64,000 bases of DNA from NCBI RefSeq assembly GCF_056746865.1, contig NZ_CM163382.1; one strand, 5' to 3'. Made by a program: the position numbers and the translations under genes. Below are positions 13,979 to 23,554 of this stretch, piece after piece. Position 1 is the first letter of the stretch, and each line of letters begins with the position of its first letter. The notes beneath the pieces were generated by a model. The model was not told the origin of the DNA. It saw only the letters and a program-made list of their open reading frames with translations, and did no database searches.

Positions 13979-15688
13979 TTATTTCAGCGGCGAGTTTTTA
14001 CGCTCAATGCTGTAACGCTCGAGTTCTTTGTACGGCACCACTTTGCTCTTCTTCTTACGTACATCGACCACGGTCATGCGGTCGGTACAGGAGTAGCAAG
14101 GGTCCAGGCTACCGATAATCAGCGGCGCATCGGAAACAGTGTTGCCACGCAGCATGTAGCGCAGGGTCGGCCAGTTCGCGTAGGTCGCGGCACGGCAGCG
14201 CCAGCGGTACAGCTTCTGGTTGTCGCCGGTCATGCTCCAGTGGATATCGTCGCCGCGCGGCGCTTCGGCAAAGCCCAGCGCAAAACGGTGCGGAATATAG
14301 GTAAAGCCTTCCACCATCAGCGGACCGCCCGGCAGGTTATCCAGACCGTAGTCGATCATGTTCAGCGCGGTATAGACTTCGTTGATACGAACTTTCAGAC
14401 GGGAAATAACGTCGCAGCCCTGCTCGCTGTGGACTTCCATTGGCAGCAGGCCATAACCAACAAACGGGTGATCGGCGCGGGTATCGCGAGCGTGTCCGCT
14501 GGCGCGGACCATCGGGCCAACGTTACTGAAGTCGCGGGCAATTTCCGGGTCCAGACGACCAATGCCGACGGTGCGCTGTTCCATGTTCGGTGTGCTCAGC
14601 AGCACATCCACCAGCTCCTGCACTTCACGACGCATCTGTTGTGCCAGCTGGCGGGTCTGGATCATGTCGTCTTTCAGCAGATCGCGACGAATCCCGCCGA
14701 TCAGGTTCAGGCCGTAGGTTTTACGTGCACCGGTAAGGATCTCTGCCATTTTCATGGAGGTTTCACGCACGCGGAAGAACTGCATAAAGCCGGAGTCGAA
14801 GCCGGTAAAGTGACAGGCGAGGCCGAGGTTGAGCAGATGCGAGTGCAGGCGTTCTACCTCCAGCAGAATGGCGCGGATCATCTGCGCACGTTCTGGTACC
14901 TGAATACCCATCGCGTTTTCCACCGACGTGGTGTAGGCGGTGCTGTGAGCAAAGCCGCAGATCCCGCACACACGGTCAGAGAGGAAGGTCACTTCGTTGT
15001 AACCCATGCGGGTTTCCGCCAGTTTTTCCATGCCGCGATGGACATAGAACAGGCGGTAGTCGGCGTCGATAATGTTTTCGCCATCGACGAACAGACGGAA
15101 GTGGCCCGGTTCGTCAGAAGTGACGTGCAGCGGACCAATCGGAACGACGTTGTTTTTCTTGTCGCCCAGTTCGTTGATGAACTCGTAGGTTTCAGCATCG
15201 GTAGTCGGTGCCGGACGTTGACGATAATCCATGCTGTCTTTACGCAGCGGATAAAGTTCATCCGGCCAGTCATCCGGCAGCACCAGACGACGTTCATCCG
15301 GCAGCCCTACCGGAATCAAACCGTACATATCGCGCACTTCACGCTCGCCCCATACCGCCGCCGGAACGCGCGGCGTTACGGACGGATATTCCTGTTTGTT
15401 GGCGTCAACTTCAACGCGCACGGTTATCCAGCATTTGGTGCCCTTCTCCATCGACAGCACGTAATAAACGGCGTAATGACCATTCAGTTTGCGTTCGTCG
15501 TTACCAAACAGCACCGACAGCCAGCCACCCTGCTTGTAATAGAGAAACTCCACTACTTCCGGCAGATAGTTCACCTTTACGGTGACAGTCAGCTGATCTT
15601 TGGTCTGCCAGGCGTGGTCCAGCACGACGCCCGGAAATGCCTCATTCAGCGCGGCGAGATAATGTTGACCTAATTTTTCTTCAGACAT
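13979..15688 (-). CDS. hycE: hydrogenase 3 large subunit
   Basis: 569 aa from MSEEKLGQHY; NuoCD-like; C-terminal DPCYSCTDR Ni-binding motif. Confidence 0.9.
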   Translation of the reverse strand: MSEEKLGQHYLAALNEAFPGVVLDHAWQTKDQLTVTVKVNYLPEVVEFLYYKQGGWLSVLFGNDERKLNGHYAVYYVLSMEKGTKCWITVRVEVDANKQEYPSVTPRVPAAVWGEREVRDMYGLIPVGLPDERRLVLPDDWPDELYPLRKDSMDYRQRPAPTTDAETYEFINELGDKKNNVVPIGPLHVTSDEPGHFRLFVDGENIIDADYRLFYVHRGMEKLAETRMGYNEVTFLSDRVCGICGFAHSTAYTTSVENAMGIQVPERAQMIRAILLEVERLHSHLLNLGLACHFTGFDSGFMQFFRVRETSMKMAEILTGARKTYGLNLIGGIRRDLLKDDMIQTRQLAQQMRREVQELVDVLLSTPNMEQRTVGIGRLDPEIARDFSNVGPMVRASGHARDTRADHPFVGYGLLPMEVHSEQGCDVISRLKVRINEVYTALNMIDYGLDNLPGGPLMVEGFTYIPHRFALGFAEAPRGDDIHWSMTGDNQKLYRWRCRAATYANWPTLRYMLRGNTVSDAPLIIGSLDPCYSCTDRMTVVDVRKKKSKVVPYKELERYSIERKNSPLK

Positions 15689-15705
15689 GCTCAAACTCTC
15701 TTTAA

Positions 15706-16629
15706 TCACGCCGCCAGCAAGGAGACGAACGCTAAAAATGCAAAGCCAAACCCAGCCCAGGTAATGCGCGGAGTAATATCAAGACGCAGACGGGCCATGC
15801 TGTTTTCGAACAGCGCGATAACCAGGACGCCAACCACCAGTTTGACGATGGCAATCACCAGCGCCAGCAGCAACCCACCGACGGTGAAGGTTTCCATTTG
15901 TCCCCACGGAATAAACACCCCGACGAACATCTGCAACACCACCAGCTGTTTCAGGCTGATACCCCATTTCATGACGCCAAAGCCGCTGCCGCTATACTCA
16001 GAGAGCGGACCTTCCTGCAACTCCTGCTCGGCTTCCGCCAGGTCGAACGGCAGTTTGCCCATTTCGATAAAGGTGGCGAATGCACAGGCACAAAGCGCCA
16101 GCACCAGCGGGATGCTCTGGCTCAGCGGCCAGTGATAAACGGTGTCGGTGATGTTGCTGATGTTGGTGGAACCGGCAACCTGCGCCGCAACCCACAGACC
16201 AAGCAGCAGCATCGGTTCGACCAGCACGCCAAGCATCGCTTCACGGCTCGCGCCGATAGCGGTAAACGGGCTACCGGTATCCAGACCAGAAATGGCAAAG
16301 AAGAAACGCGCGATGGCAAAGAGATACAGTAAGGTGATCAAATCGCCCAGCTGCGGCAGCGGAGAACCAACGGTCACCACCGGCAGCGCAGTAGCGATAG
16401 TCAGCATGACGCCCACCATCACATACGGCGTCAGGCGGAACACCCAGCCGGAGGCATCCGGGCCAACGCTCTGGCGGCCCAGCAGTTTGATAATGTCGCG
16501 ATACTCCTGCAACACGCCCGGCCCGCGACGGTTATGCAAGCGGGCGCGCGCCACGCGGGTTATACCGGAGAGCAGCGGCGCAACGGCAAATAACACCAGC
16601 GCCTGAATTAACGGATATAAAACACTCAT
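15706..16629 (-). CDS. hycD: formate hydrogenlyase membrane subunit (NuoH-like)
   Basis: 307-aa hydrophobic ORF. Confidence 0.9.
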   Translation of the reverse strand: MSVLYPLIQALVLFAVAPLLSGITRVARARLHNRRGPGVLQEYRDIIKLLGRQSVGPDASGWVFRLTPYVMVGVMLTIATALPVVTVGSPLPQLGDLITLLYLFAIARFFFAISGLDTGSPFTAIGASREAMLGVLVEPMLLLGLWVAAQVAGSTNISNITDTVYHWPLSQSIPLVLALCACAFATFIEMGKLPFDLAEAEQELQEGPLSEYSGSGFGVMKWGISLKQLVVLQMFVGVFIPWGQMETFTVGGLLLALVIAIVKLVVGVLVIALFENSMARLRLDITPRITWAGFGFAFLAFVSLLAA

Positions 16630-16631
16630 TC

Positions 16632-18458
16632 TCAGGCTCCTCGTGAAACAATAATCACCACCAGTACCGCCAGTTCAACCAGCGCCATCCGGCGGAACAG
16701 CAACGCACTCCCCTCGCACTGCCAGCCCGGTACCAGCGACACCGGATTCAGCCATTTGCGCAGTTTCAGCACCGGCGCAAACGCCTGTTTCACCGGCATG
16801 GCAAAACCGTGAGCAGTAATCACCATTGATTTTTCATGGTCGTAGCCGCACACCCAGGCCGCGCCGCGGGAACGCGACGGCAAACGATCGCCTTTGCAAA
16901 TCGCCATAATGATGAATGGCAGCAGCGGGCAGGCAATCAGCAGCAACGTGATCATTGGTTGAGAAACGGTGGTGTTAGCAGGCTCCAGCGGCAGAGGTAC
17001 AGCAGCAGAGAGCATCGGCAGCAGCCACGGCGCAGCAACACCGCCAATTACGCAGCAAATCGCCAGTGCCACTACGCTTACGCTCATCAGGAGCGGCGCA
17101 CAGGTGGCGTTTTCGGCTTCTTTGGTACGCGGCGCGCCGAGGAACGTGACGCCATAGACTTTCGCCATACACATCACCGCCAGCGCACCGGTAATTGCCA
17201 GACCCACTGCGAGCAGCGGCCCCAGCAGACGGGCAACAAACGCGCCACTATTGCTCAGTTTGAAGAAGGATTGATAGATAACCCATTCCCCGGCAAACCC
17301 GTTCAGCGGCGGCAGCGCCGCCATTGCCATCAGCCCGACTAACATGGCGATGGAGATAACCGGCATTTTCTTGCCAATGCCACCGAGTTTTTCGATATCG
17401 CGATGACCGGTACGGAACCAGACGCTCCCCGCCCCGAGGAACAGTACGCTTTTGAACAGGCTATGGTTAAGCAGATGGTACAGACCACCGACCAGACCAA
17501 GGGCAATCAGCGTCGGTTGTTCGAGCGCGATACCCGTTACGCCAGCGCCCAGCCCCAGCAGGATAATGCCGATATTCTCCAGGGTGTGGTAAGCCAGCAA
17601 ACGTTGGATATTATGTTCCATCAACGCATACAGACCGCCGACAAACGCGGTGATCATACCGAGCACCAGCAGCGCGATCCCCCACCACAGCGGTGCATTA
17701 CCGCCCAGCAGTGACAGGGTTAAAATGCCCAGCAGGCCAATTTTCATGACTACCGTGGAAAACAACGCGGCAGCTGGCGCAGAGGCGTTAGCATGTGCCT
17801 GCGGCACCCAGCCGTGCAGCGGAATAATCCCGGCCAGCAGGCCAAAACCAATCACACCGAGCAGCCAGATATCGGAACCGAGCGGCAGCTGTTGCATACG
17901 CATATCCAGCAGGCGCAGATCCAGCGTGCCGTAACGCTGCCACAGCAGCCAACAGGCAATCGCCAGCAGCAGAGTGCCAAGACGCCCCAGCGCAAACCAC
18001 AGTTTGCCCTCTTTGCTGTTGCTGGTAAGGAACACCGCGCACAGGGCCATGATTTCGGCCATTACCACGAACATGCCGAGGTTGCTGGCAATGACGGCGC
18101 AGACGGCGGCAGCCATCAACATATTGATCTGCAAGCCGTTGCACTTCACCTGCGCGTGGCGATGCCAGTCAATGTTATAGAGGCTGACAAACAGACCGCA
18201 CAGACCGAGCGTAATCAGCCAAATCGCGTTAAGCGGAGAGATTTGCACATCGTAGCTTACCAGCGATAGCGCACCGCTCACGCCAACCGCGCCAGTCAGT
18301 ACAGTGAAGCCCGCGGCTGCCGTATACAGACTACCCACCGCGCCGCCAATTCCGGCTATCCAGCCGCTTAGCGCCTTTTGAAAAGAAAAGAGAAATGCCA
18401 GAACAGCGGCGGCGACAAACCACGCCACGCCGCTATTGATCAGGGAAATTGCGCTCAT
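16632..18458 (-). CDS. hycC: formate hydrogenlyase membrane subunit (NuoL/antiporter-like)
   Basis: 608-aa polytopic ORF. Confidence 0.9.
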   Translation of the reverse strand: MSAISLINSGVAWFVAAAVLAFLFSFQKALSGWIAGIGGAVGSLYTAAAGFTVLTGAVGVSGALSLVSYDVQISPLNAIWLITLGLCGLFVSLYNIDWHRHAQVKCNGLQINMLMAAAVCAVIASNLGMFVVMAEIMALCAVFLTSNSKEGKLWFALGRLGTLLLAIACWLLWQRYGTLDLRLLDMRMQQLPLGSDIWLLGVIGFGLLAGIIPLHGWVPQAHANASAPAAALFSTVVMKIGLLGILTLSLLGGNAPLWWGIALLVLGMITAFVGGLYALMEHNIQRLLAYHTLENIGIILLGLGAGVTGIALEQPTLIALGLVGGLYHLLNHSLFKSVLFLGAGSVWFRTGHRDIEKLGGIGKKMPVISIAMLVGLMAMAALPPLNGFAGEWVIYQSFFKLSNSGAFVARLLGPLLAVGLAITGALAVMCMAKVYGVTFLGAPRTKEAENATCAPLLMSVSVVALAICCVIGGVAAPWLLPMLSAAVPLPLEPANTTVSQPMITLLLIACPLLPFIIMAICKGDRLPSRSRGAAWVCGYDHEKSMVITAHGFAMPVKQAFAPVLKLRKWLNPVSLVPGWQCEGSALLFRRMALVELAVLVVIIVSRGA

Positions 18459-19066
18459 TTAGCCTCTCCACTTTGAGCCTGCTGAAACAAGGTGAGATCG
18501 CCAAAGTCCGTGTTAAAGGTCAGCTCACGCTTACGTTTGCTAACGCGGGCGATATCGGTGTTATCCACCAGATGCAGGGCTTTAGTAGGGCACATCCGCA
18601 CGCAGGCCGGACCTTGTTCATCAAAACTACAAAGGTCACATTTGACGGCGATCGCGCGAATACCTGGCACCCAGTCAAGCAATGTGCTGACACGCGCCGG
18701 AGCAGGCGGTGCCGGTGGCGCTTTCGGGGTATTGGCGTTTGCCGGAATATCCAGCGGACGGCTGCCGGAAAATTCAATTGCGCCAAACGGGCAGGCGATG
18801 CCGCACAGTTTGCAGCTTACGCACAGACTTTCATTCAACTGCACGGCCCCATCAACGCGGGTGATGGCGTTAACCGGGCAGACCACCGCACAAGGCGCAT
18901 CTTCACAGTGGTGACAGAGCTGCGGCGCAGATTCTTTTTCATTGAGCATCACTCGCAGGCGCGGCATTGATTGCAGGCCGTGCTGGCGATGCGTCTCTGA
19001 ACAGGCGGCCTCACAGGTGTGGCAGCCGATACAGAGCGTGGAGTCAGCAATTACAAAACGATTCAC
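18455..19066 (-). CDS. hycB: formate hydrogenlyase 4Fe-4S subunit
   Basis: 203-aa ORF with four ferredoxin Cys clusters (CIGCHTCEAAC). Confidence 0.9.
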   Translation of the reverse strand: MNRFVIADSTLCIGCHTCEAACSETHRQHGLQSMPRLRVMLNEKESAPQLCHHCEDAPCAVVCPVNAITRVDGAVQLNESLCVSCKLCGIACPFGAIEFSGSRPLDIPANANTPKAPPAPPAPARVSTLLDWVPGIRAIAVKCDLCSFDEQGPACVRMCPTKALHLVDNTDIARVSKRKRELTFNTDFGDLTLFQQAQSGEAK

Positions 19067-19190
19067 CAGGCATTCCTCAGGTGATTGTCATTTTTGACGA
19101 AAACATGCCGATGAAATGTCATTTTCGACACTCATCGACACGCCCATCCCCAAACAGGCGTAACGCCTGCAAAACGGGCAAAGCCTCAGC

Positions 19191-19652
19191 TCATGCTGCC
19201 GGGCTTTGTCCCTTTACCAGTTGGCTTAAATTCACCGGCACATTGTTTTCAATGGCGGTGTATAAGCTGTCGTAAACGCCAGCGATTTTTTCGAGATAGT
19301 GTTCCAGAACCTGTTCGCGATCGCGGATGTTGACCTTGCCATCAATCATGCCGTCAATGCTCAGTTGCGCCTGCGCAATCCGCTGTTTGTCTTCGCCATC
19401 TTTTGTTTCGACGTAATACTCGATGGTGTGGCTGTTAAAGCCATCCGCCAGGGTGACGTAAATGCGAAAATGTTCAAAAAGGACGAAACAGAGTTCTTTG
19501 TCCGGCGCGCAGCTCATGGCGTGATGCAGGCGCGCTTTCGATAACGTGATCCCCTGAACCAGCGAATTGCAGTAGATGTGCCACTGGTCCTGTAGGCGAC
19601 GATGCCGCTGTGCGATGTAATCGGCTTTCTCGCTTATTTCCCAAATAGTCAT
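19191..19652 (-). CDS. hycA: formate hydrogenlyase regulatory protein
   Basis: 153-aa ORF, first gene of the hyc operon, divergent from hypA. Confidence 0.9.
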   Translation of the reverse strand: MTIWEISEKADYIAQRHRRLQDQWHIYCNSLVQGITLSKARLHHAMSCAPDKELCFVLFEHFRIYVTLADGFNSHTIEYYVETKDGEDKQRIAQAQLSIDGMIDGKVNIRDREQVLEHYLEKIAGVYDSLYTAIENNVPVNLSQLVKGQSPAA

Positions 19653-19689
19653 TGTCAGGTTACCCGTTTAACAGAGATGCCAGCCTTAA

Positions 19690-19704
19690 GCATTTTCTGT
19701 GCCA
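19690..19704 (-). promoter_or_regulatory. sigma54 promoter for hyc operon
   Basis: minus strand reads TGGCAC-agaaa-ATGC (plus-strand gcattttctgtgcca). Confidence 0.55.
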
Positions 19705-19751
19705 ACTTTTAATTCATTGTTATGAAACAGATTTTTAAGATAAAGATGAAT

Positions 19752-19793
19752 TTCGTCGCCGTGTCGACGTGTCATTTCGACATCATCGACATT
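19752..19793. promoter_or_regulatory. FhlA upstream activating sequence (repeated GTCGACA / TCGACAT half-sites)
   Basis: gtgtcgacgtgtcatttcgacatcatcgacatt between divergent sigma54 promoters. Confidence 0.5.
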
Positions 19794-19817
19794 ATTCACC
19801 GCAGGGATAATCAACAC

Positions 19818-19833
19818 TGGCACAATTATTGCT
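19818..19833 (+). promoter_or_regulatory. sigma54 promoter for hyp operon
   Basis: TGGCAC-aatta-TTGCT about 30 bp upstream of hypA ATG. Confidence 0.6.
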
Positions 19834-19863
19834 TATGGCTGGTAATAGTTAATGGGAGGCGAT

Positions 19864-20214
19864 ATGCACGAAATAACCCTCTGCCAACGGGCACTGGAAT
19901 TGATCGAACAGCAGGCCGCAAAACACGGCGCAAAACGCGTAACTGGGGTCTGGCTCAAAATTGGCGCATTTTCTTGTGTCGAAACCAGCTCTCTTGCCTT
20001 TTGTTTTGATCTGGTTTGCCGCGGCAGCGTGGCGGAAGGTTGTAAACTGCACCTCGAAGAACAAGAGGCCGAATGCTGGTGTGAAACATGCCAACAGTAT
20101 GTGACGCTACTGACCCAGCGCGTCCGCCGCTGTCCACAGTGTCATGGTGACATGCTACAGATTGTGGCAGACGACGGTTTACAGATTCGGCGGATAGAAA
20201 TAGACCAGGAGTGA
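19864..20214 (+). CDS. hypA: hydrogenase nickel incorporation protein HypA
   Basis: 116 aa from MHEITLC; RBS gggagg; zinc motifs CETC...CPQCH. Confidence 0.9.
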   Translation: MHEITLCQRALELIEQQAAKHGAKRVTGVWLKIGAFSCVETSSLAFCFDLVCRGSVAEGCKLHLEEQEAECWCETCQQYVTLLTQRVRRCPQCHGDMLQIVADDGLQIRRIEIDQE

Positions 20215-20217
20215 GCG

Positions 20218-21090
20218 ATGTGTACAACATGCGGTTGCGGTGAAGGCAACCTGTATATCGAGGGTGATGAACATAACCCTCATTCCGCGTTTCGTAGCGC
20301 GCCATTTGCCCCGGCGGCACGCCCGAAGATGAAAATCACCGGCATTAAAACGCCTGAATTTACCCCCAGCCAGACTGAAGAAGGCGACCTGCATTACGGT
20401 CATGGCGAAGCGGGCACTCACGCGCCGGGCATGAGCCAGCGCCGGATGCTGGAAGTTGAAATTGACGTGCTGGACAAAAACAACCGTCTGGCTGAACGCA
20501 ACCGCGCGCGCTTTGCTGCCCGCAAGCAACTGGTGCTCAACCTGGTTTCCAGCCCTGGTTCCGGTAAAACCACCCTGCTGACGGAAACCTTAATGCGCCT
20601 GAAAGACAGCGTTCCGTGCGCGGTTATTGAAGGCGACCAGCAAACCGTGAACGATGCCGCACGCATTCGCGCTACCGGCACACCAGCGATTCAGGTGAAC
20701 ACCGGTAAAGGCTGCCATCTTGACGCACAGATGATTGCCGACGCCGCGCCGCGCCTGCCACTGGACGATAACGGTATTCTGTTTATCGAAAACGTTGGCA
20801 ACCTTGTATGCCCGGCGAGCTTCGATCTCGGTGAAAAACACAAAGTGGCGGTGCTTTCCGTTACCGAAGGTGAAGACAAACCGCTGAAATATCCCCATAT
20901 GTTTGCCGCCGCCTCGCTGATGCTGCTCAACAAAGTTGACCTGCTGCCGTATCTCAACTTTGACGTTGAGAAGTGCATCGCCTGCGCCCGCGAAGTCAAT
21001 CCAGAAATTGAAATCATCCTTATTTCCGCCACCAGCGGCGAAGGGATGGACCAGTGGCTGAACTGGCTGGAGACACAGCGATGTGCATAG
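20218..21090 (+). CDS. hypB: hydrogenase nickel incorporation GTPase HypB
   Basis: 290 aa; N-terminal [10 protein letters not shown] metal site; P-loop SPGSGKTT. Confidence 0.9.
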   Translation: MCTTCGCGEGNLYIEGDEHNPHSAFRSAPFAPAARPKMKITGIKTPEFTPSQTEEGDLHYGHGEAGTHAPGMSQRRMLEVEIDVLDKNNRLAERNRARFAARKQLVLNLVSSPGSGKTTLLTETLMRLKDSVPCAVIEGDQQTVNDAARIRATGTPAIQVNTGKGCHLDAQMIADAAPRLPLDDNGILFIENVGNLVCPASFDLGEKHKVAVLSVTEGEDKPLKYPHMFAAASLMLLNKVDLLPYLNFDVEKCIACAREVNPEIEIILISATSGEGMDQWLNWLETQRCA

Positions 21091-21353
21091 GCGTTCCCGG
21101 CCAGATCCGCACCATTGACGGCAACCAGGCGAAAGTCGACGTCTGCGGCATTCAGCGCGACGTCGATTTAACGTTAGTCGGCAGCTGCGATGAAAACGGT
21201 CAGCCACGCGTGGGCCAGTGGGTACTGGTTCACGTTGGCTTTGCCATGAGCGTAATTAATGAAGCCGAAGCACGCGACACTCTCGACGCCTTACAAAACA
21301 TGTTTGACGTTGAGCCGGATGTCGGTGCGCTGTTGTATGGCGAGGAAAAATAA
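21081..21353 (+). CDS. hypC: hydrogenase maturation factor HypC
   Basis: 90 aa starting MCIGVPGQI; overlaps hypB end. Confidence 0.85.
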   Translation: MCIGVPGQIRTIDGNQAKVDVCGIQRDVDLTLVGSCDENGQPRVGQWVLVHVGFAMSVINEAEARDTLDALQNMFDVEPDVGALLYGEEK

Positions 21354-22474
21354 TGCGTTTTGTTGATGAATATCGCGCGCCGGAACAGGTGATGCAGTTA
21401 ATTGAGCATCTGCGCGAACGTGCTTCACATCTCTCTTACACCGCCGAACGCCCTCTGCGGATTATGGAGGTGTGTGGCGGTCATACCCACGCCATTTTTA
21501 AATTCGGCCTCGACCAGTTGCTGCCGGAAAACGTTGAGTTTATCCACGGTCCCGGTTGCCCGGTGTGCGTACTGCCGATGGGCAGAATCGACACCTGCGT
21601 GGAGATTGCCAGCCATCCGGAAGTCATCTTCTGTACCTTTGGCGACGCCATGCGCGTACCAGGGAAACAGGGTTCGCTGTTACAGGCAAAGGCACGCGGT
21701 GCCGATGTGCGCATCGTTTACTCGCCGATGGATGCGTTGAAACTGGCGCAGGAGAATCCAACCCGCAAAGTGGTGTTCTTCGGCTTAGGTTTTGAAACCA
21801 CCATGCCGACGACGGCCATCACTCTGCAACAGGCGAAAGCGCGTGATGTGCAGAATTTTTACTTCTTCTGCCAGCATATTACGCTTATCCCGACGCTGCG
21901 CAGTTTGCTGGAAGAGCCGGATAACGGTATCGACGCGTTTCTTGCGCCCGGTCACGTTAGTATGGTTATCGGCACTGATGCCTATAATTTTATCGCCAGC
22001 GATTTTCATCGTCCGCTGGTGGTCGCTGGTTTCGAACCCCTTGATCTACTGCAAGGCGTGGTGATGCTGGTGGAGCAGAAAATAGCGGCCCACAGCAAGG
22101 TAGAGAATCAGTATCGTCGGGTGGTGCCGGATGCCGGTAACCTGCTGGCGCAACAGGCGATTGCCGATGTGTTCTGTGTCAACGGCGACAGCGAATGGCG
22201 CGGCTTAGGCGTGATTGAATCTTCTGGTGTACACCTGACGCCGGATTATCAACGATTCGATGCCGAAGCGCATTTCCGCCCGGCACCGCAGCAGGTCTGC
22301 GATGACCCGCGCGCACGTTGTGGCGAAGTATTAACGGGCAAATGTAAGCCGCATCAATGCCCGCTGTTTGGTAACACCTGTAATCCTCAAACCGCGTTTG
22401 GTGCGCTGATGGTTTCCTCCGAAGGAGCGTGCGCCGCGTGGTATCAGTATCGTCAGCAGGAGAGTGAAGCGTGA
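21353..22474 (+). CDS. hypD: hydrogenase maturation factor HypD
   Basis: 373 aa; CGGHTHAI and GPGCPVC motifs; taATG overlap with hypC. Confidence 0.9.
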   Translation: MRFVDEYRAPEQVMQLIEHLRERASHLSYTAERPLRIMEVCGGHTHAIFKFGLDQLLPENVEFIHGPGCPVCVLPMGRIDTCVEIASHPEVIFCTFGDAMRVPGKQGSLLQAKARGADVRIVYSPMDALKLAQENPTRKVVFFGLGFETTMPTTAITLQQAKARDVQNFYFFCQHITLIPTLRSLLEEPDNGIDAFLAPGHVSMVIGTDAYNFIASDFHRPLVVAGFEPLDLLQGVVMLVEQKIAAHSKVENQYRRVVPDAGNLLAQQAIADVFCVNGDSEWRGLGVIESSGVHLTPDYQRFDAEAHFRPAPQQVCDDPRARCGEVLTGKCKPHQCPLFGNTCNPQTAFGALMVSSEGACAAWYQYRQQESEA

Positions 22475-23481
22475 ATAATATCCAACTCGCCCACGGTAGC
22501 GGCGGCCAGGCGATGCAGCAATTAATCAACAGCCTGTTTATGGAAGCCTTTGCCAACCCGTGGCTGGCAGAGCAGGAAGATCAGGCACGTCTTGATCTGG
22601 CGCAGCTGGTAGCGGAAGGCGACCGTCTGGCGTTCTCCACCGACAGTTACGTCATTGACCCGCTGTTCTTTCCTGGCGGTAATATCGGCAAGCTGGCGAT
22701 TTGCGGCACCGCGAATGACGTTGCGGTCAGTGGCGCTATTCCGCGCTATCTCTCCTGTGGCTTTATCCTCGAAGAAGGATTGCCGATGGAGACACTGAAA
22801 GCCGTAGTGACCAGCATGGCAGAAACCGCCCGCGCGGCAGGCATTGCCATCGTCACTGGCGATACTAAAGTGGTGCAGCGCGGCGCGGCAGATAAACTGT
22901 TTATCAACACCGCTGGCATGGGCGCAATTCCGGCGAATATTCACTGGGGCGCACAGACGCTAACCGCAGGCGATGTATTGCTGGTTAGCGGTACACTCGG
23001 CGACCATGGGGCGACTATCCTTAACCTGCGTGAGCAGCTGGGGCTGGATGGCGAACTGGTCAGCGACTGTGCGGTACTAACGCCGCTTATTCAGACGCTG
23101 CGTGACATTCCCGGCGTGAAAGCGCTGCGTGATGCCACCCGTGGTGGTGTAAACGCGGTGGTACATGAGTTCGCGGCAGCCTGCGGTTGTGGTATTGAAA
23201 TTTCAGAAGCGGCACTGCCGGTTAAACCAGCCGTGCGCGGCGTTTGCGAACTGCTGGGACTGGACGCCCTTAACTTTGCCAACGAAGGCAAACTGGTGAT
23301 CGCCGTTGAACGCAACGCGGCAGAGCAAGTGCTGGCAGCGTTACATTCCCATCCACTGGGGAAAGACGCGGCGCTGATTGGTGAAGTGGTGGAACGTAAA
23401 GGTGTTCGTCTTGCCGGTCTGTATGGCGTGAAACGAACCCTCGATTTACCACACGCCGAACCGTTACCGCGTATATGCTAA
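22471..23481 (+). CDS. hypE: hydrogenase maturation carbamoyl dehydratase HypE
   Basis: 336 aa; GTG start overlapping hypD stop; AIR-synthase-like fold. Confidence 0.9.
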   Translation: MNNIQLAHGSGGQAMQQLINSLFMEAFANPWLAEQEDQARLDLAQLVAEGDRLAFSTDSYVIDPLFFPGGNIGKLAICGTANDVAVSGAIPRYLSCGFILEEGLPMETLKAVVTSMAETARAAGIAIVTGDTKVVQRGAADKLFINTAGMGAIPANIHWGAQTLTAGDVLLVSGTLGDHGATILNLREQLGLDGELVSDCAVLTPLIQTLRDIPGVKALRDATRGGVNAVVHEFAAACGCGIEISEAALPVKPAVRGVCELLGLDALNFANEGKLVIAVERNAAEQVLAALHSHPLGKDAALIGEVVERKGVRLAGLYGVKRTLDLPHAEPLPRIC

Positions 23482-23554
23482 TAAAATTCTAAATCTCCTA
23501 TAGTTAGTCAATGACCTTTTGCACCGCTTTGCGGTGCTTTCCTGGAAGAACAAA

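Noticed and set aside
14240-15673. 477-aa ORF antisense to hycE (and similar long antisense ORFs inside norR, hypF, hycC, cysN, mutS)
   Set aside because: Shadow frames opposite well-supported GC-rich genes; no independent start signals; the sense genes have clear conserved motifs.
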